DNA from: Octopus vulgaris
Lineage: Eukaryota
NCBI GenBank assembly: GCA_951406725.2
Contig: OX597816.1
Coordinates: forward strand, 150,350,001-150,414,000
Direction: 5' to 3'
Length of the DNA stretch: 64,000 bases
The notes beneath the pieces were generated by a model, which saw only the letters and a program-made list of their open reading frames with translations, did not search any database and was not told where the DNA came from. The translations under genes and the position numbers were made by a program. Below are positions 11,721 through 26,067 of the stretch, piece by piece. Numbering within the stretch: the first letter of the stretch is position 1; each line of letters starts with the position of its first letter.

Positions 11721-14070
11721 TATCATCATCATCATCATCATCGTTTAACGTCCGCTTTCCATTCTAGCATGGCTTGGACGGTTTAACTGGGGTCTGGGAA
11801 GCCCGAAGGCTGTACCAAGCCAGTCAGATCTGGCGGTGTTTCTACAGCTGGATGCCCTTCCTAACGCCAACCACTCCGTGAGTGTTGTGAGTGCTTTTTA
11901 TGTGTCACCGACACAGGTGCCAGGCGAGGGTGGCGAACGGCCATGCTCGGATGGTGTGTTTTACGTGCCACCGGCACGGAGGCCAGGCAGGGCTGGCACG
12001 GCCACGATCGGATGGTGTTTGTTATGTGCCACCAGCATGAAGGTCAGTCGATGCGGTGCTGGCTACAGCCACGTTTGGATGGTTCTCTTATGTGCCACTG
12101 GCACTGGTACCACAAACTACAAATTCCATTGATGTGGATCGATTTCGATTTGATTTGATTCTTCGATTTTGATTTTCACTTGCCTCAACAGGTCTTCACA
12201 AGTAGAGTTATGCATCCCAAGAAGGAAGGTATGCACAGGTGGACTGACTACGTCCCAGGTAGGGGCCACGGGTTATGGCCTCACTTGTCCTGCCGGGTCT
12301 TCTCACACACAGCATACTTCCAAAGGTCTCGGTCTCTGGTCATTTCCTCGGTGAGACCTAAAGAGCGAAGGTCGTGTTTCACCACCTCATCCCAGGTTTT
12401 CCTGGGCCTACCTCTTCCACAGGTTCCCTCAACTGCTAGGGTGTGGCACTTTTTCACACAACTATCTTCATCCATTCTTACCACGTGTCCATACCAGTGT
12501 AGACGCCTCTCTTGCACACCACAACTGATGCTTCTTAGGTCCAACTTTTCTCTCAAGGCACTTTCACTCTGTCGGGTATGAACACTGCCATTACACATCC
12601 ATCGGAGCATACTGGCTTCATTTCTTGCGAGCTTACGCATATCCTCAGCAGTCACGGCCCATGTTTCACTGCCATGTAGCATGGCTGTTCGTACACATGC
12701 GTCATACAGTCTGCCTTTTACTCTGAGCGAGAGACCTTTTGTCACCAGCAGAGGTAAGAGCTCTCTGAACTTTGCCCAGGCTATTCTTACTCTAGCAGTT
12801 ACACTTTCGGCACACCCACCCCCACTACTGACTTGATCACTTAGGTAACGGAAACTATCAACTATTTCTAGTTTTTCTCCCTGGAATGTGACGGAAGATG
12901 GTCTCTGCGCATTTTCAGTGTTTATTGCACCAGAGCATCTGCCACATACAAAAACTATATTCCTAGTTAGCCTTCCTTTGACATTGCTACACCTCTTATG
13001 TGTCCATAGCTTACACTTGGTGCATCTTATAGAGTTCCTACCTACGCCTTTTCTACAGATCGAGCAGGGCCATCTACCTGAAGGCGTTTGAGATTTGTCT
13101 ACCTTCCTACTTATTAGGACTTTGGTTTTAGCTAGATTGACTCTAAGGCCCTTCGATTCTAATCCTTGCTTCCACACCTGAAACTTCTCCTCGAGTTCTG
13201 ATAGTGACTCAGCAATTAGAGCAAGGTCATCAGCATAGAGGAGCTCCCAGGGGCATCCTGTCTTGAATTCCGCCGTTATTGCCTGGAGGACTATGATAAA
13301 TAGGAGGGGGCTGAGGACTGAGCCTTAGTGGACCCCAACCTCCACCCGGAATTCTTCACTGTACACGTTGCCAACCCTCACCTTACTAACAGCGTCCCTG
13401 TACATGGCATGCACAGCTCTCACTAACCATTCATCTATCCCTAGTTTCCTCATTGACCACCAGATAAGGGAATGGGGGACCCTGTCAAAGGCTTTCTCCA
13501 AGTCAACGAAAGCCAGGAACAGAGTTTTAGCTTTGGCTAGGTATTTCTCCTGCAGCTGTCTCACCAGAAATATGGCATCGGTGGTGCTTTTCCCTGGCAT
13601 GAAACCAAACTGCATCTCGTCCAGGTTGACTCTCTCTATAATCAGTTGGGCTATGACCTTTTCCGTAACCTTCATTACCTGATCCAACAGCTTGATACCT
13701 CTGTAATTATTTGTATCTAGGGCATCACCTTTACCTTTGTAGGAGTTGACTATTATGCTACTACACCAGTCATTGGGTATGACTCCTTCGTGTATCACCT
13801 GGTTAACTATACGGGTGACTAGGCTATAGCCAACACTGCCAGATATTTTGAGCATCTCTGCAGTAATTCCTGATGGGCCTGGGGCTTTCCCTGTCTTCAT
13901 GCTTCTAATTGCCTTAACTACCATGGAACTGTCAACTCAGATAGCTGGTCCCTCTATTGGGTCGACATTCGGCAGACTCTCTTTATCCCATTCATTCTCT
14001 TTGTTGAGCAACCTTTCATAGTGGCATCTCCAAACCTCTCTCTTTGCATCCTCATTTAGCGCAAGTGAAC
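11721..14070 (-). mobile_element. 5'-truncated RTE-clade LINE
   Basis: RT and C-terminal coding region, 3'UTR with minisatellite, and (GAT)n tail (seen as (CAT)n at 11721-11742). Confidence 0.95.
12281..14070 (-). pseudogene. RTE reverse transcriptase ORF with two nonsense codons and no frameshift seen
   Basis: KAPGPSG, NYRGIKLL, QFGF, FVDLEKAFDRV, GVH*GSVLSPLLF, YADD (13226-13237), LHWYGHVVRM, GRGRPRKTW; stops at 13325-13327 and near 13938. Confidence 0.92.
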
Positions 14071-14711
14071 CTTAAAATGTGAAATTATTTTCATCTCAGA
14101 ATGATTGTTAGTAAAGAGAAATCTACCTTTGACACAAAAGTATAAGACCCAGTGGAACCAATAGCTACAGATGGTAGCAATAAAGAAGATAATATAAATG
14201 AGAGGACTTTCAAGGATAGTTGATAGGCTGCTGAAAGCATCAGGATGGATTCATGTCACACTAATCAGTCATCCATTCACTCAGCTCTTTCATAGATATA
14301 TTTCCAAGTAAACTGCTTAAATATTTTAATTAGTTTTCAGTATAAAAAAAACTTTTGAGTGATTTAATAAACTGTCTATAACTCAGTTACATATCATGTT
14401 TTATGTTGCTAATTTAAAATCTCATGTTATGAGATTTTGATTATGATTTTAATTTAAAACTGATCTGTCATATTTAATAAAAGAAATTTCAAAAGGACTG
14501 GTATCAAAAGGACTAACTAATCAGAATTTATGTGGGGAAAGTTATGTATATTGATATAGATAAGAATAACAATACTGTAATGTAGCAGCATTGTTAACTG
14601 CTATAAAGTATACAGTTATCTAAGAAGTTATAGTAAAAGTGACATTGAAATAACTATATCTCTAGATTTTTATTTTATTTTATGTTCCCAAACTAGTTTC
14701 CAGCTTACCAG

Positions 14712-14790
14712 TTTTCAGTCAAGCCGTCCAACCCATGCCAGCATAGAAAACAGGCATTAAATAATGATGATGGTGATGATGATGATGATT
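14712..14790 (+). mobile_element. RTE 3' tail fragment
   Basis: GTCCAACCCATGCCAGCATAGAAAA followed by (GAT)n. Confidence 0.75.
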
Positions 14791-16564
14791 TCAACTGTGT
14801 TTGCGGATGCTCATATTGAGGATCACATTGCCAGCTCAGTCAGTTAAGAATTTTGTTTGGATAGGCTCAGTATAGCTTTCTTCATCCTAATCTTTGAAGT
14901 AATTGCATAAAAATTCAGGACAGGATGTCATGGTAATTTGGGATGGAGAAAAGTGCAGGAAATGCTATCACTCCTACAGCAGAGGATGTAGTTGGATGGT
15001 AATTTATATATCACCACCTACAAACATACACAGCTCCACCACTGCCACCACCACCACCACCATCAGCATCTTCATGTTTACCTTTACATGCTTGTGCGCA
15101 TGCGCACGCACACATACACACACAGATGTATTACAAATTGCTTTTGCTTTAAAGTGATACTTATGTCTAACATTATATAAAAATATATATTTCACCACTT
15201 CTTCCATGTTTTCCTTTCGTTGCCCTCTTCTGCTCCCACTTGGATTGCTTGATACTGCTTTACCCAGCTCTCATTCTCCATATGCCTTGTTTGTCTACAC
15301 CACCTTAATCTTCTCTCTATTACAGTATTCCTGATTACTCTTATACCTAGTTTCTCTATCAACTCATTTTTACTCTAGTGCTTTCAGCTAATTCAGCCAC
15401 CTATGTTACAGAAGCTATCTGCTACTTCTTGTGAGCCCTCAAAGCATTTGTAAAAAGTTACTTTATAGGTTCTGTTACTGTTAATTACTTTGTGTACCTG
15501 CTGTATGTAATTTTTCTTCCTTATCAGCTTGCTTGTGATCCCACTGTATTGCTTGTACACCTATAGTTTACATTGGATACATCATATGACATTTCTGCCA
15601 ATTTCTTTTCTGCATGTCAAGCATTGCTAGTTAGTTGATAGCAGTGAAATCCTGTCTTCTCTCCTGCTAACTAAACCTTTTCTCTTACCTATTTTTTTTT
15701 AAAAACCTTATGAAACTAGGTTTTGGTTCCACATTTGGAATTATTTCTTGATTTTTCTAGGCTATCAGTTGACAGACAGTTGGTTCTAAACTCTTCTGTT
15801 TTGTCCTAGAGAACTGTTATACACAGGAGGAGGCTAAAACAGAGCGCAATGGACCCTTGCTTGCTTAATTTCTTACTGAACTCATTGATTACTCTTTATT
15901 TGCCAGTTAGTATTACTGTGTGACCGTCAAACAGAGATGGACTAAAGCCTAAGTAAATTATTGAAGGGCATATTCAGACAATTCTTAACACATGTAGAGT
16001 TCTATCATTTCTGTTACACCAGTCTTCTCCTCTTGCTATATAGATAGAGGATAGATTAGTTTTAATTTAGTGCTAAAAGGAATGTATTATATGTTGAATA
16101 TATAAATAGTTGGAGATGGTAGAGAAATTTGATCTAAAAATGAAACAGTAAAATGATTTACTCATATTTTCCTGTAAATATATGTTAAATATAACTTCCA
16201 TTTGTAAGTTAATTAAATATTGGACCAAAATACATTAAAACATTATAATCATTCAGTGTGTTTAAAGTTTAAGTTCTCCCTTAAAATTTCAACTCTTTGG
16301 TATTTTTGCTTAATTTGTATGGAATAGAAATTAATTAACATTGTATCTGATCCCGATTTTCTTCCAGAATCCCTTCCAATAAGGTGTTGATTACATGATC
16401 TAATAAAATAATTAGTTTCTTTTTTATATTCTATTTTTATTTCATTTATATTTTTTATCATTTATATTCTGTTGTCATCTTATTTCAATTACTGAGTTTG
16501 ATTTTCAGTACCATAGTATTGTAATTAATCAAATTTTGCTGTCACACATTGCTAATTCCTTAGA

Positions 16565-16922
16565 TTTACTCTTTTACTTGTTTCAGTCATTTGACTGCAG
16601 CCATGCTGGAGCACTGCTTTTAGTCAAACAAATCGATCCCAGGACTTATTCTTTGTAAGCCTAGTACTTATTCTATCGGCCTCTTTTGCCGAACTGCTAA
16701 GTTACGGGGACACCAGCATCAGTTGTCAAGCGATGCTGGGGGGACAAACACAGACACACACACACATATGTACGACGGGCTTCTTTTCAGTTTCCATCTA
16801 CTAAATTCACTCACAAGGCTTTGGTCGGCCCGAGGCTATGGTAAAAGACACTTGCCCAAGGTGCCACCAGAACCATGTGGTTGGTAAGCAAGCTACTTAC
16901 CACACAACCACTCCTACGCCTA
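16565..16922 (-). mobile_element. tRNA-derived SINE family A, near full length
   Basis: Reverse complement matches 45385-45808, with a small deletion in the B-box region; tail GACTGAAACAAGTAAAAGAGTAAA. Confidence 0.9.
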
Positions 16923-19900
16923 TAAAAGAAACAACAGATTTATGTATGTTGAATTTTTATATCTTGTCATATAGGGGATATCTCTACAATATATAGTCTG
17001 TGGGTGCATATAACTTGAACTATCTGTGCAGTTTCCAATAAACTTAGTAATAACATTTTTATTACTAAGATATGTTTAAAATGACTTTTGTATGCTTATC
17101 ATAGCTAACTTCCTTGTCTTTGCCATCATTATTATCATTAGGCAAAAATGGTATAGGATTTTAATTAAATACTTAATGGTGTTTTCTTCCATTTCTTTAT
17201 GTTCTGAGTCAGATTATGCAATGACAGAATTTCTCTGGATTACCAGAGATAAAGCAAGCATCAACCTTATACTACTCTTCTGTGAATTTGTAACCTTGTA
17301 CAATTGCAAGAATCATTGTTGCTATATTTAATATCATTATATTAATCATCTATACAACTATTACTAACACTGTCTGTATTGTCGTCAACATCATCAGCAA
17401 TACTGTTACAACTATTGCTTCTTCTATTGCTACACAAACTAACCTTCTTGTTCTTTTGTTGACTCCACAGTAGATTTGCACATTTGATTCTATGCAATTT
17501 GGATATAGAGTTTATTTGTATGAAAATAAAATAACTCATGTTAAATAAAGGGAAAAGAGGAAGACATTCTATATCTATCCTATACAAGAGAGTGTAGAAT
17601 CAAAATACAAAATCAAAATCCTCCTCTTTCATTCCTTCTCATAATTCATTATTAAAAATAGAAAATTCTCTTTATTGCCATTTACTAAAATGTTATACAA
17701 ACATCAGAATTTAATTTGATAAGCTGAGAATTTAAACATGCTATTCTGCTCTGTTATATAAATGCCTATAGATAAGTAGGAGGTTGCACAAATTATTTGT
17801 TAATTAATTTTTTTAAATAGTTGTAAAAATCTTGCAGTAGCTTCTAATATGGTATTGATTTTTAAAAAAAACTTTTTTTTACATGTCTATGAAGCTTGGA
17901 ACTTCGAAAAAGAAAGGCAAACTGTATCATTAATGTTGTTTCTGAAACTCATTAGTGTCATAATTGAAATAATTTCATTTCAAATCATTTCCAGACTGGG
18001 AAAACAGTCCACTAAAATTTTAACCAGCATTTGGGTGAAAACCACTGGTGTTAGCATGACAACAGAAGCTTCAATGTAGGCTTTAACCTGCTTGATATAG
18101 CATTGCTCAACAAAATCCCTATCAACTGACTGGGAATCTCATACTTTAAGTTCTAAATCTTAAAGAATGTGCACAGTAAAGATGACTTGGCTATATTTAA
18201 GAACATTAATTAAATGCTTCATGCAGTAAACAACTTCAGTACTACGGTATACTTAACTTCAGTATTGTGTTGTAACATGCTAACATTTAAAAAGAGGGAA
18301 AAAAAAAAACAGTCAATGATGTATTATGTAGGAAGGTGTGTACTCTATGCGATGTAAAATAGGTGATACATTTCATAGCCTGCTATTATTGTAAAGGCTT
18401 AGAAATTGAGCATTTGCAAAAATATTACAATATTTACTTGAAGAAAATAATGAATCTTTTAGTTTCCAATTATCAACCTTAAAGAGTGGAAAGTTGCTTA
18501 CATTGAGTATTTGGTTATGTTACAGTAAATATGGTTTTTGGAAAAAACTGCCATGATTTAACATGCATCGACAGAATAGTAGCAATTTGATTGTGTGAAA
18601 AATACGGTTTCATAAGAAGTTGAGTACATTTATTATAAATAATAACATTCTAATCAACTTTATGGATTTGTCTAGGAGTACCTGAAGCCCAAAACAAAAT
18701 ATGCAACAATTCCTCTCTAATTTATTGTTGCAACATTCCTTCTATAAATATCCCTGACTTTATGGGGTGAGAGAGAAAGAATACAGAGAAAACTGGAAAG
18801 AGAAACTGACAAACAATGACAATCTCACTGACCTAGAACAGGAGACTAGTGTGAAGCTCTGAACATTTTAATGACTTCATATTAATTATGATCATATACA
18901 TATTCATGGTCAATATAAAAATCTCTTAGATAAAGAAACAAAGAGAAAGATATCTTCACATATGCTCATAAATGCAATTCTACCAATTGTACTCGTGCCA
19001 AAATTGCTTCAGCCATAATAGGTTTCATTTTATTTCCCAGTGTTAACTATAATAATAATAATAATAATCTCCACCCAATCAATGGCGCTCTGATGGACCA
19101 ATTTGTGAATGTGTTTGTGTTAATCAACAATAAGTAAGCAAATGGAATTTTCCTTTTTAATTTTGTTTATTATCATGATAGTCATTGTAAATTCTATTCA
19201 AACACATTTCAAAACTATTAAAGGATTTAATTGATTTTAAAAGTTTGTGTGGGTTGTGGAATCTTAGAAGGTTATTTGTTTTTCTCAGATAATCACTAGA
19301 ATTTGAAGAGACTAATACTGGCCTGTATCAACATGACAATTTATTAAAAACAAAAATGAAGAAAATGAGATGTTTTGATGTATTGTGAGCAAAAACAATG
19401 TGTAAGGCTTTCTCCATCAAAGAATAAAAAGCAACCTTAAACAAATAATCATCAATGACAAAAGAAACATGGACTAACAAGAGACAGGAAGTAATTAGAT
19501 AGAAGAATAAAGCTGACTGGGAAAAAGTGGATATTTAATCTAATAATAAACTAGGTAGCTAATAAAGAAAGAGAATCCTTGTATATCATTCAGGTAATGC
19601 CAGTATTGATAATGAAAAGTACATTATACTGGTAGGTAGATTTGGTGTTGGTTTGGATGGTGGTGGGGAAAAATGGATGAAGTAATTTTCTGCTTCTGGA
19701 CTCTCAACCTATGCCTTTCTATAGAGTTTACTAATTTTGTTCTGATAGCAATGAGACACATAGTCATGGCAAGTGACTTTGATGATGCCAGTCTATCATC
19801 TAGTGATACTCAGGGGGTCATTTGAAGTCAGTGCTAACAAAAACATTCAGTTCTACTGCACTCCTCTTGCTTGAAGAAAAATACTGTCCTCCATTAATCA

Positions 19901-22900
19901 TGCTTACAATTAATTGGACCAGTCCATTTGAGAAGAGTTCAACTATGAATACACAGCCCAGGGCTGACAACCCTTTCATTAATAGCCTGACCATATTGAC
20001 TTAGTTAATCACTATTCTTCTAATTTTCTGTACAAACAGTAAAAATACAACTGAGGTTGTCCATTATATATTTTTAAAATGGACTGGCTATTACTATTAT
20101 TAAAAACAATAATAATTTTGAAAATACATTTTTTTCTTTTTTCACAAATTTTTATTCGTATTTTTCATATTTATCAATTTGGAAAATGGAAGTTAATTCT
20201 TCCTACACATCATATTACAAGACTATTGGAAATACAAAGCAAAGGAAAGAAAAAAAAACTTAAAACAAACAATAAATCTGTGTAGGATTGAACTGCTTCA
20301 AAATAAAATCTTTTTCAAATTGGACTTGTTTAAATTAACAACTTCTCGAGGGGAAAAGTTATTTACAGGTTAAATTTCATTCAGATAGGTTCTATTTCAG
20401 ATAGAAATTATTTTTTCAAAGAATTACAGTAAGGTAATTACCTGTCTGTATTTTTTAGATTAGTCCATTCTTAGAGTATTTTGTGCTTTGATGCATTACT
20501 AAACCTTATGTGTTAAGTTTCTTTTGAAAAAACTATAGATAAATATTATAAATATTCTGAGATCAAATCTAGTTAAATAATGTTATCTATTTGGAAATAT
20601 ATGATTGTGAGATATTAGTACTTAGTAATTCAAGTGAAATGAATTCTAGATATATTACAGTCTACATCACAAATTTGACTTGTTGAGAACTGAGCTTTTT
20701 TTTTTTTAAAGTAGACTTGAACTTGAGAAATAGAACAAAAGTATTTGTTCTAGTCTAACGCTGTTTCTGTCAAGTCACTTCATTTCCCCCAATATACCAT
20801 GTATATAGAAGTAATATACAGTATGTTTTTGCTATAAAAATTGAACACATGGATAAACCACAGATAGAAGCAAGGTTCAAAATGGTTAATTGTATCTTTC
20901 TTTAGAAACTTAGGGATTGTTTACCTTGCCTTCTAAATGTATGCTTCTAAACTACAGTATATGGAAGGCAAAGTAAGAAATCCATTGTAAATCTCTAATG
21001 AGGCGAAACTAGTTGATCCAATACTTGCTTCTAGCTGCCCAAACTTCTATGGTTTATTCACAGGTTCTATTTTTCAATGAGAAACATTTTATTTGATTTC
21101 TATATAGATATATATTCACAACTACACTGTATTTGTACTTTAATTACATACAATTACACATGCAAACTTATTTAAGGCCTATATCTATTTTTTCCATATC
21201 ATCTGCTACTAAATTAGACAATTTAGTGTACAAGCTTTTGAAATCTGTATTTTTATACTTAACATAACATCTAATATAAGCAATATAACTCAGAGGAGGA
21301 AATAGTATCAATCTTTTCATCAGCTAGGTAAACTGTAATGTTAACTTAGCTGAATGTATACCATAATAGCTTTTGCAGGCACTAGGTCTTGCCATTTAAT
21401 ATCAAAATCACTTCACTTCTTTCTAGTCAAGTAAATAAATATACAGACAATATTTTATTCATCTAACATCAGGATATATCCTCCCAGATTCTAGTTTTCT
21501 TGGTTGATGCTGTCTCTTCAGAGTTACTATACTGTAAGGCCAGCAGTTTCTTGATATCAATAGATTGAACTTGATATTAATAGCCTTTTCAAATTTGTTA
21601 TAGTAGATCTATTTGTGGCCTGAAATATGTGGTCACAATCCTCAAGAAGTGTTCCTAGGCTTTTGAGTTTATTAGTTTTTGGATTCAGCTGACCATTTTT
21701 TTTTTTTAGTGCACTGGTCTTGGTTTATAGATTTGCCTTAACATTTGACTCTCTTTCATTGGCCTAACTTTTCAACCCTCCATTAGTATTTTAAGTTGTA
21801 ATCCTTTTGATCTTTTGCATCACCTTAAGCTCTCCTTCCCTCTCTCTTCTTTTCTCTACTAGAATGACATTTATAAAGCTAAACCTCTCAGAGATTTGGC
21901 TTGGCATAGTATAGCAATAATAATAATACCTTCATGTCACTTATTTTGCCTTTTAATATGTTAATATGTATATAGCTCATGTACTATTATTTAGACAGAA
22001 GTGCAATTTCTATAGCCATTGTAGGACCTTCTTAGACTAAAAGAGGTTTATGCATTGATATTCTGCAGATTCATTTGTAGAGAGGGAATCTGAACAAGAC
22101 AGAGTTTTTGAAGGTTTGCAGCTCTTGGGTAGAATTACAGGGCCAAGTAAGTAGTGTGAAGTAGCAATGATGATGAAAATTTAAAAAGAGGAAAGAAGTG
22201 TCATATGGAAGTAGATACATTTGTTATGTGTGATTTTAATACATATATCCATGTGTTAATGTTACAATGTGAATGGTTATTGTATGTGTACACACTTGTG
22301 TGTGTGTATTTTTATGCTTCATTTTGGTAAGGGTAATTTGTGCATGTGTTTAATTCATGTTTGTATTTGGTTTTAGTAATGTGTGTGTATTAGTATTAAT
22401 GTGTTTCATTAGTACAAAAATTTACTTTTTTTTCTTTGTTTTTTAACCACCATTTTTGTCTCTGCCACTGTTCATCTCTCTCCTCCAGACTTCACATCAT
22501 TTTCCTATTTCTCATCTCTCTCTGGTTTTATTATGCTGCTGTTCTTCACCCAACCCACTTATCATATATCGCCATTTATCACCTTCTCCCTAACCAACTC
22601 CTATTTTCCTTACCTTTCCCCAAACAGATTAACTATTATTCTCATTTCCACCCATGTTCATTATCCGTTGCATTCATTTCTATCTTCATTTCTACTGGCT
22701 ATCACTCTCATGAATCCAGGCAACCAGCCATCCTCGATTCTCTGCCCCTACTCTCTCTTCATTTACTTGTACTTTGATGATATGCCCTGATGTTTCATCT
22801 CCACCATCTTTTCTCTCCCTTTCTTGCTTGGATAGCCATATATTTCCTCTACAGCAAGACACCTGTTCCTGTCCCTCTATCATATTTCAGCCTCTCAACA

Positions 22901-22959
22901 CCTGGCACAAAGCCACTGCCCTCAGTACTGCATTCTCACTTTGTAAAAGTTACTTGGTG

Positions 22960-23155
22960 ACCTCACTAGTACTAATGGCATAGAAAACTGCAACCAGTAT
23001 ACTCTGTAAAGTGGTTGATGTTAGGAAGGGTATCCAGCCATAGAAACCTTGCCAAAGTAAACATTGGAACCCCATACAGTCCTCTAACTCACTGGATCCT
23101 TTTGAATTGTCCAACCCATGCCAGCATGGTATATGGCATTAAATGAAGATGCCAA
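22960..23155 (+). mobile_element. Decayed RTE 3' tail
   Basis: GTTAGGAAGGGTATCCAGCC..GTCCAACCCATGCCAGCATGG. Confidence 0.7.
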
Positions 23156-23899
23156 TGAGTATTGTGTAAACATAAGTGTGTGCAAATTAATATATAAGTA
23201 TGTGCTTCTAAATATGAATACTAGTATGTATGTATATATATATATATTTATGAGTGCTGTCTTTGCTAGTGTGTATAGGAATTCTTTTGATTATGTGTTT
23301 ATGTATATGTAAACTTATATATACTTCTGCCCATAAGATTATGGATGTTTGTGTGTTTGTACATTTATACATGTGTGTGCATATATCTTTATATTTTTCT
23401 ATACACTTTTGTTGCGAATGTGTAAGCATATGTGTCTAGGTGTGTAATACTTTCTATGTGTGTCATTCTAGAGAGAGAGAGAGAGAGAAACAGAAGTTGA
23501 ATAGAGAGAAAGTGGTGTAGAATGATGAAAAAAGAAGTAGAGATAGAGAGAATGAACTGAAGGCCAAGTAGAAGACTATCAGGTGTCAGCTAGACTAGAA
23601 CAGTCAGCTTCTGACGTGTGTGTGCAATACTTATGACGCAAACTGGGTTTCAGGTGTGTGTGTGTGTGTGTAAGGTAGAGGTGAGAAAATGGTAAAAATA
23701 TCCTCCCACCATCTGTAGAAAATTATTCCTACTCACAAACAACAAATTAAGTAATATCGACCTTTTTTGTTTACATTTGTTTGTCTGCCTGTTTATTTGA
23801 ATTTTTCATTTTGTTCTTTTTGTCTCCTCTCCCCCTCACCCCACCTCTCTTTTAGGTATCTGTAGTATCTTAACTATTCATACAAACACCCACACACAC

Positions 23900-24225
23900 A
23901 CAGGCATGGTAGCATGGGAGTGTGGTTAAGAAGTTCACTTTGCAATGATGTGGCTTCAGTGTCAGCTCCTCTGTAGAGCATCCTGGGCAAGTGTTTTCTG
24001 TTATAGCCCTGAGTTGACTAAAATGCCTTGTAGATAAAATGTGGCAAACAGAAACTCTGCAGAAGCTTGTCATTGGTGTTAAGGAAGGGCATCCAACCAT
24101 AGAAGCCATACCAAAACAGACAATTGGAGCCTGGTGAAGCTTTCTAGCTTGCCAGCACCTGTCACACTGCCCAACTCATGCCAGTATGAAAAATGGACGT
24201 TAAATGATGATGATGATGATGATGG
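23900..24225 (+). mobile_element. SINE A head with RTE 3' tail nested or joined at ~24072
   Basis: Decayed SINE head to ~24070, then GGTGTTAAGGAAGGGCATCC...GGACGTTAAATGATGATGAT. Confidence 0.7.
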
Positions 24226-24320
24226 TATGTGTATATATAACAACAACAACAATAATCCTCAGTTGGAATTTATAAATATTTAATACGTGATTTGTGGAAA
24301 CGCACATAGTGATGCATTAA

Positions 24321-24352
<32 letters not shown>

Positions 24353-24562
24353 AATTATTGTGTATAGTGCTCAGGTATGCTACAACTCATCAACGGTGCA
24401 TGTACAGTACATAGAATTATGTACAGAAAGTCAGGAAAGTGAACAGTGTATGAGTCATATACATGTGTGCATGTGTATGGAGTGGGGGATATCAGGTGTA
24501 GTGTTGGCAAATTTCAGGAAGCATGGAGGTTTTAAAGGATGCAATATCTTGGCAACTCCATC
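24321..24562 (-). mobile_element. CR1-like LINE 3' end
   Basis: Reverse-complement similarity to 700-841 (TAGTGCTCAGG..CTACAACTCATC) with an (AAT)n run. Confidence 0.7.
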
Positions 24563-25229
24563 CAAGGTTTATTATTATTATTATTATCATTATTATTATT
24601 ATTATTTACTCTACATTATATCAGTGCAACTTGATGAAACCCTGAAAAACTGGCTAACTAGTCAACATCTTTAGATGGTGGTCGGCATAATGGAATAGGA
24701 GCTTTATTTGCATATTCAAAACGTTTCCCATAAACAAATTTAAAAGATATATATATATATATATATATATTTGTGTGTAAATGTGTGTCTCTGTCCTTGT
24801 CTCAGTTTATGTTTAGACCACTTGAAAATTGTTGTTGTCTCCCATGACTTAACGCTTCAGTAAATACATATCGCTAAAATAAGCACTAGACTTAAAGATA
24901 AGAATAAGTACTGAGGTTGATATGATTGATTGAATGCCAGCATGACCTCCAATCAGTCCAGTAACTGAATTCAGTGAATCAGTGAAGGAATTTGTATATG
25001 ATTGACCAGTTAATTTGTATTTTACATGTGCAATCTGTGAGTGGAACAGTAAAAATATGCAAGACTTTCCTCAAGTTCCAAATGTGAATTTGTCTGTGTT
25101 AACTACATCCCAAAGATGGAGCCTTGTATCTTTGTTGGAAACCAGCTCCCTCCTCAGTGGAAGATTTATAACTATTAAAAAATAGAAAAGACTACATACA
25201 TACATACATGTGTATGTGTATGTATACAC

Positions 25230-25262
<33 letters not shown>

Positions 25263-25345
25263 CATACACACACACATGCACATACATACTCACATATACC
25301 AGTATGGAATAGGGATGTTGAATGATGATGATGATGATAATATAC

Positions 25346-25793
25346 TGGATGTCATGCTTTAGTGAATTTGACCTCATCAATTGGGTACAGACTAACCAAA
25401 CCTGCAGATAAGTAAATAGATTTTTTTTAAATAGAAAAAGAGCTAAATGTTAAATTGAGCTTATTATTTAAAAGCTAGTTCATGAATAACAATGGAACAC
25501 TCACTAATAAATGAGGGCAGGGTTCAAAACTGAGTGTAGAGGCAAGCTGTAAACTTTATATTGATTGGGACGTTTATGTTTTAAAGTTTACAGTTTGTCT
25601 CTACACTCAGTATTGAACCTTGCCCCCATTTATCAGTGAGTGTTCCATTGTTATTCATGAACTAGCTTTTAAATAATAAGCTCAATTTAACATTTAGCTC
25701 ATTTTCTATTTTAAAAAATCTACTTACTTATCTGCAGGTTTGGTTAGTCTGTACCCAATTGATGAGGTCAAATTCATTAAAGCATGACATCCA
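25346..25793. mobile_element. Foldback MITE-like element with ~213-bp inverted arms and ~23-nt spacer
   Basis: 25346-25558 is the near-perfect reverse complement of 25582-25793. Confidence 0.9.
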
Positions 25794-26067
25794 CAGTTGT
25801 TCTTTGCCTACACAGATCAAATTGTTATTTTCCTAAACATGTAAATTTACCTGAGAAATTTAATCCTAATTTCTTGAAATTATTTCCTCTTCTATTCAAA
25901 AGTAGCTAACAATTGTTGTTAGGTTTTCATTTTCTAACTCAGCTAGAAATTTCAATAAATTAAGAAATTATTGCATACAGCAATCAATACAGCAGCCTCC
26001 AATATAAATATAAACAAATAGATTTATTTACATTTGATGGATATTTGTCCTCCTCTTGTTTGTTGAT

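Noticed and set aside
12180-13682. Plus-strand ORFs of 67-133 aa
   Set aside because: Antisense shadows of the RTE ORF
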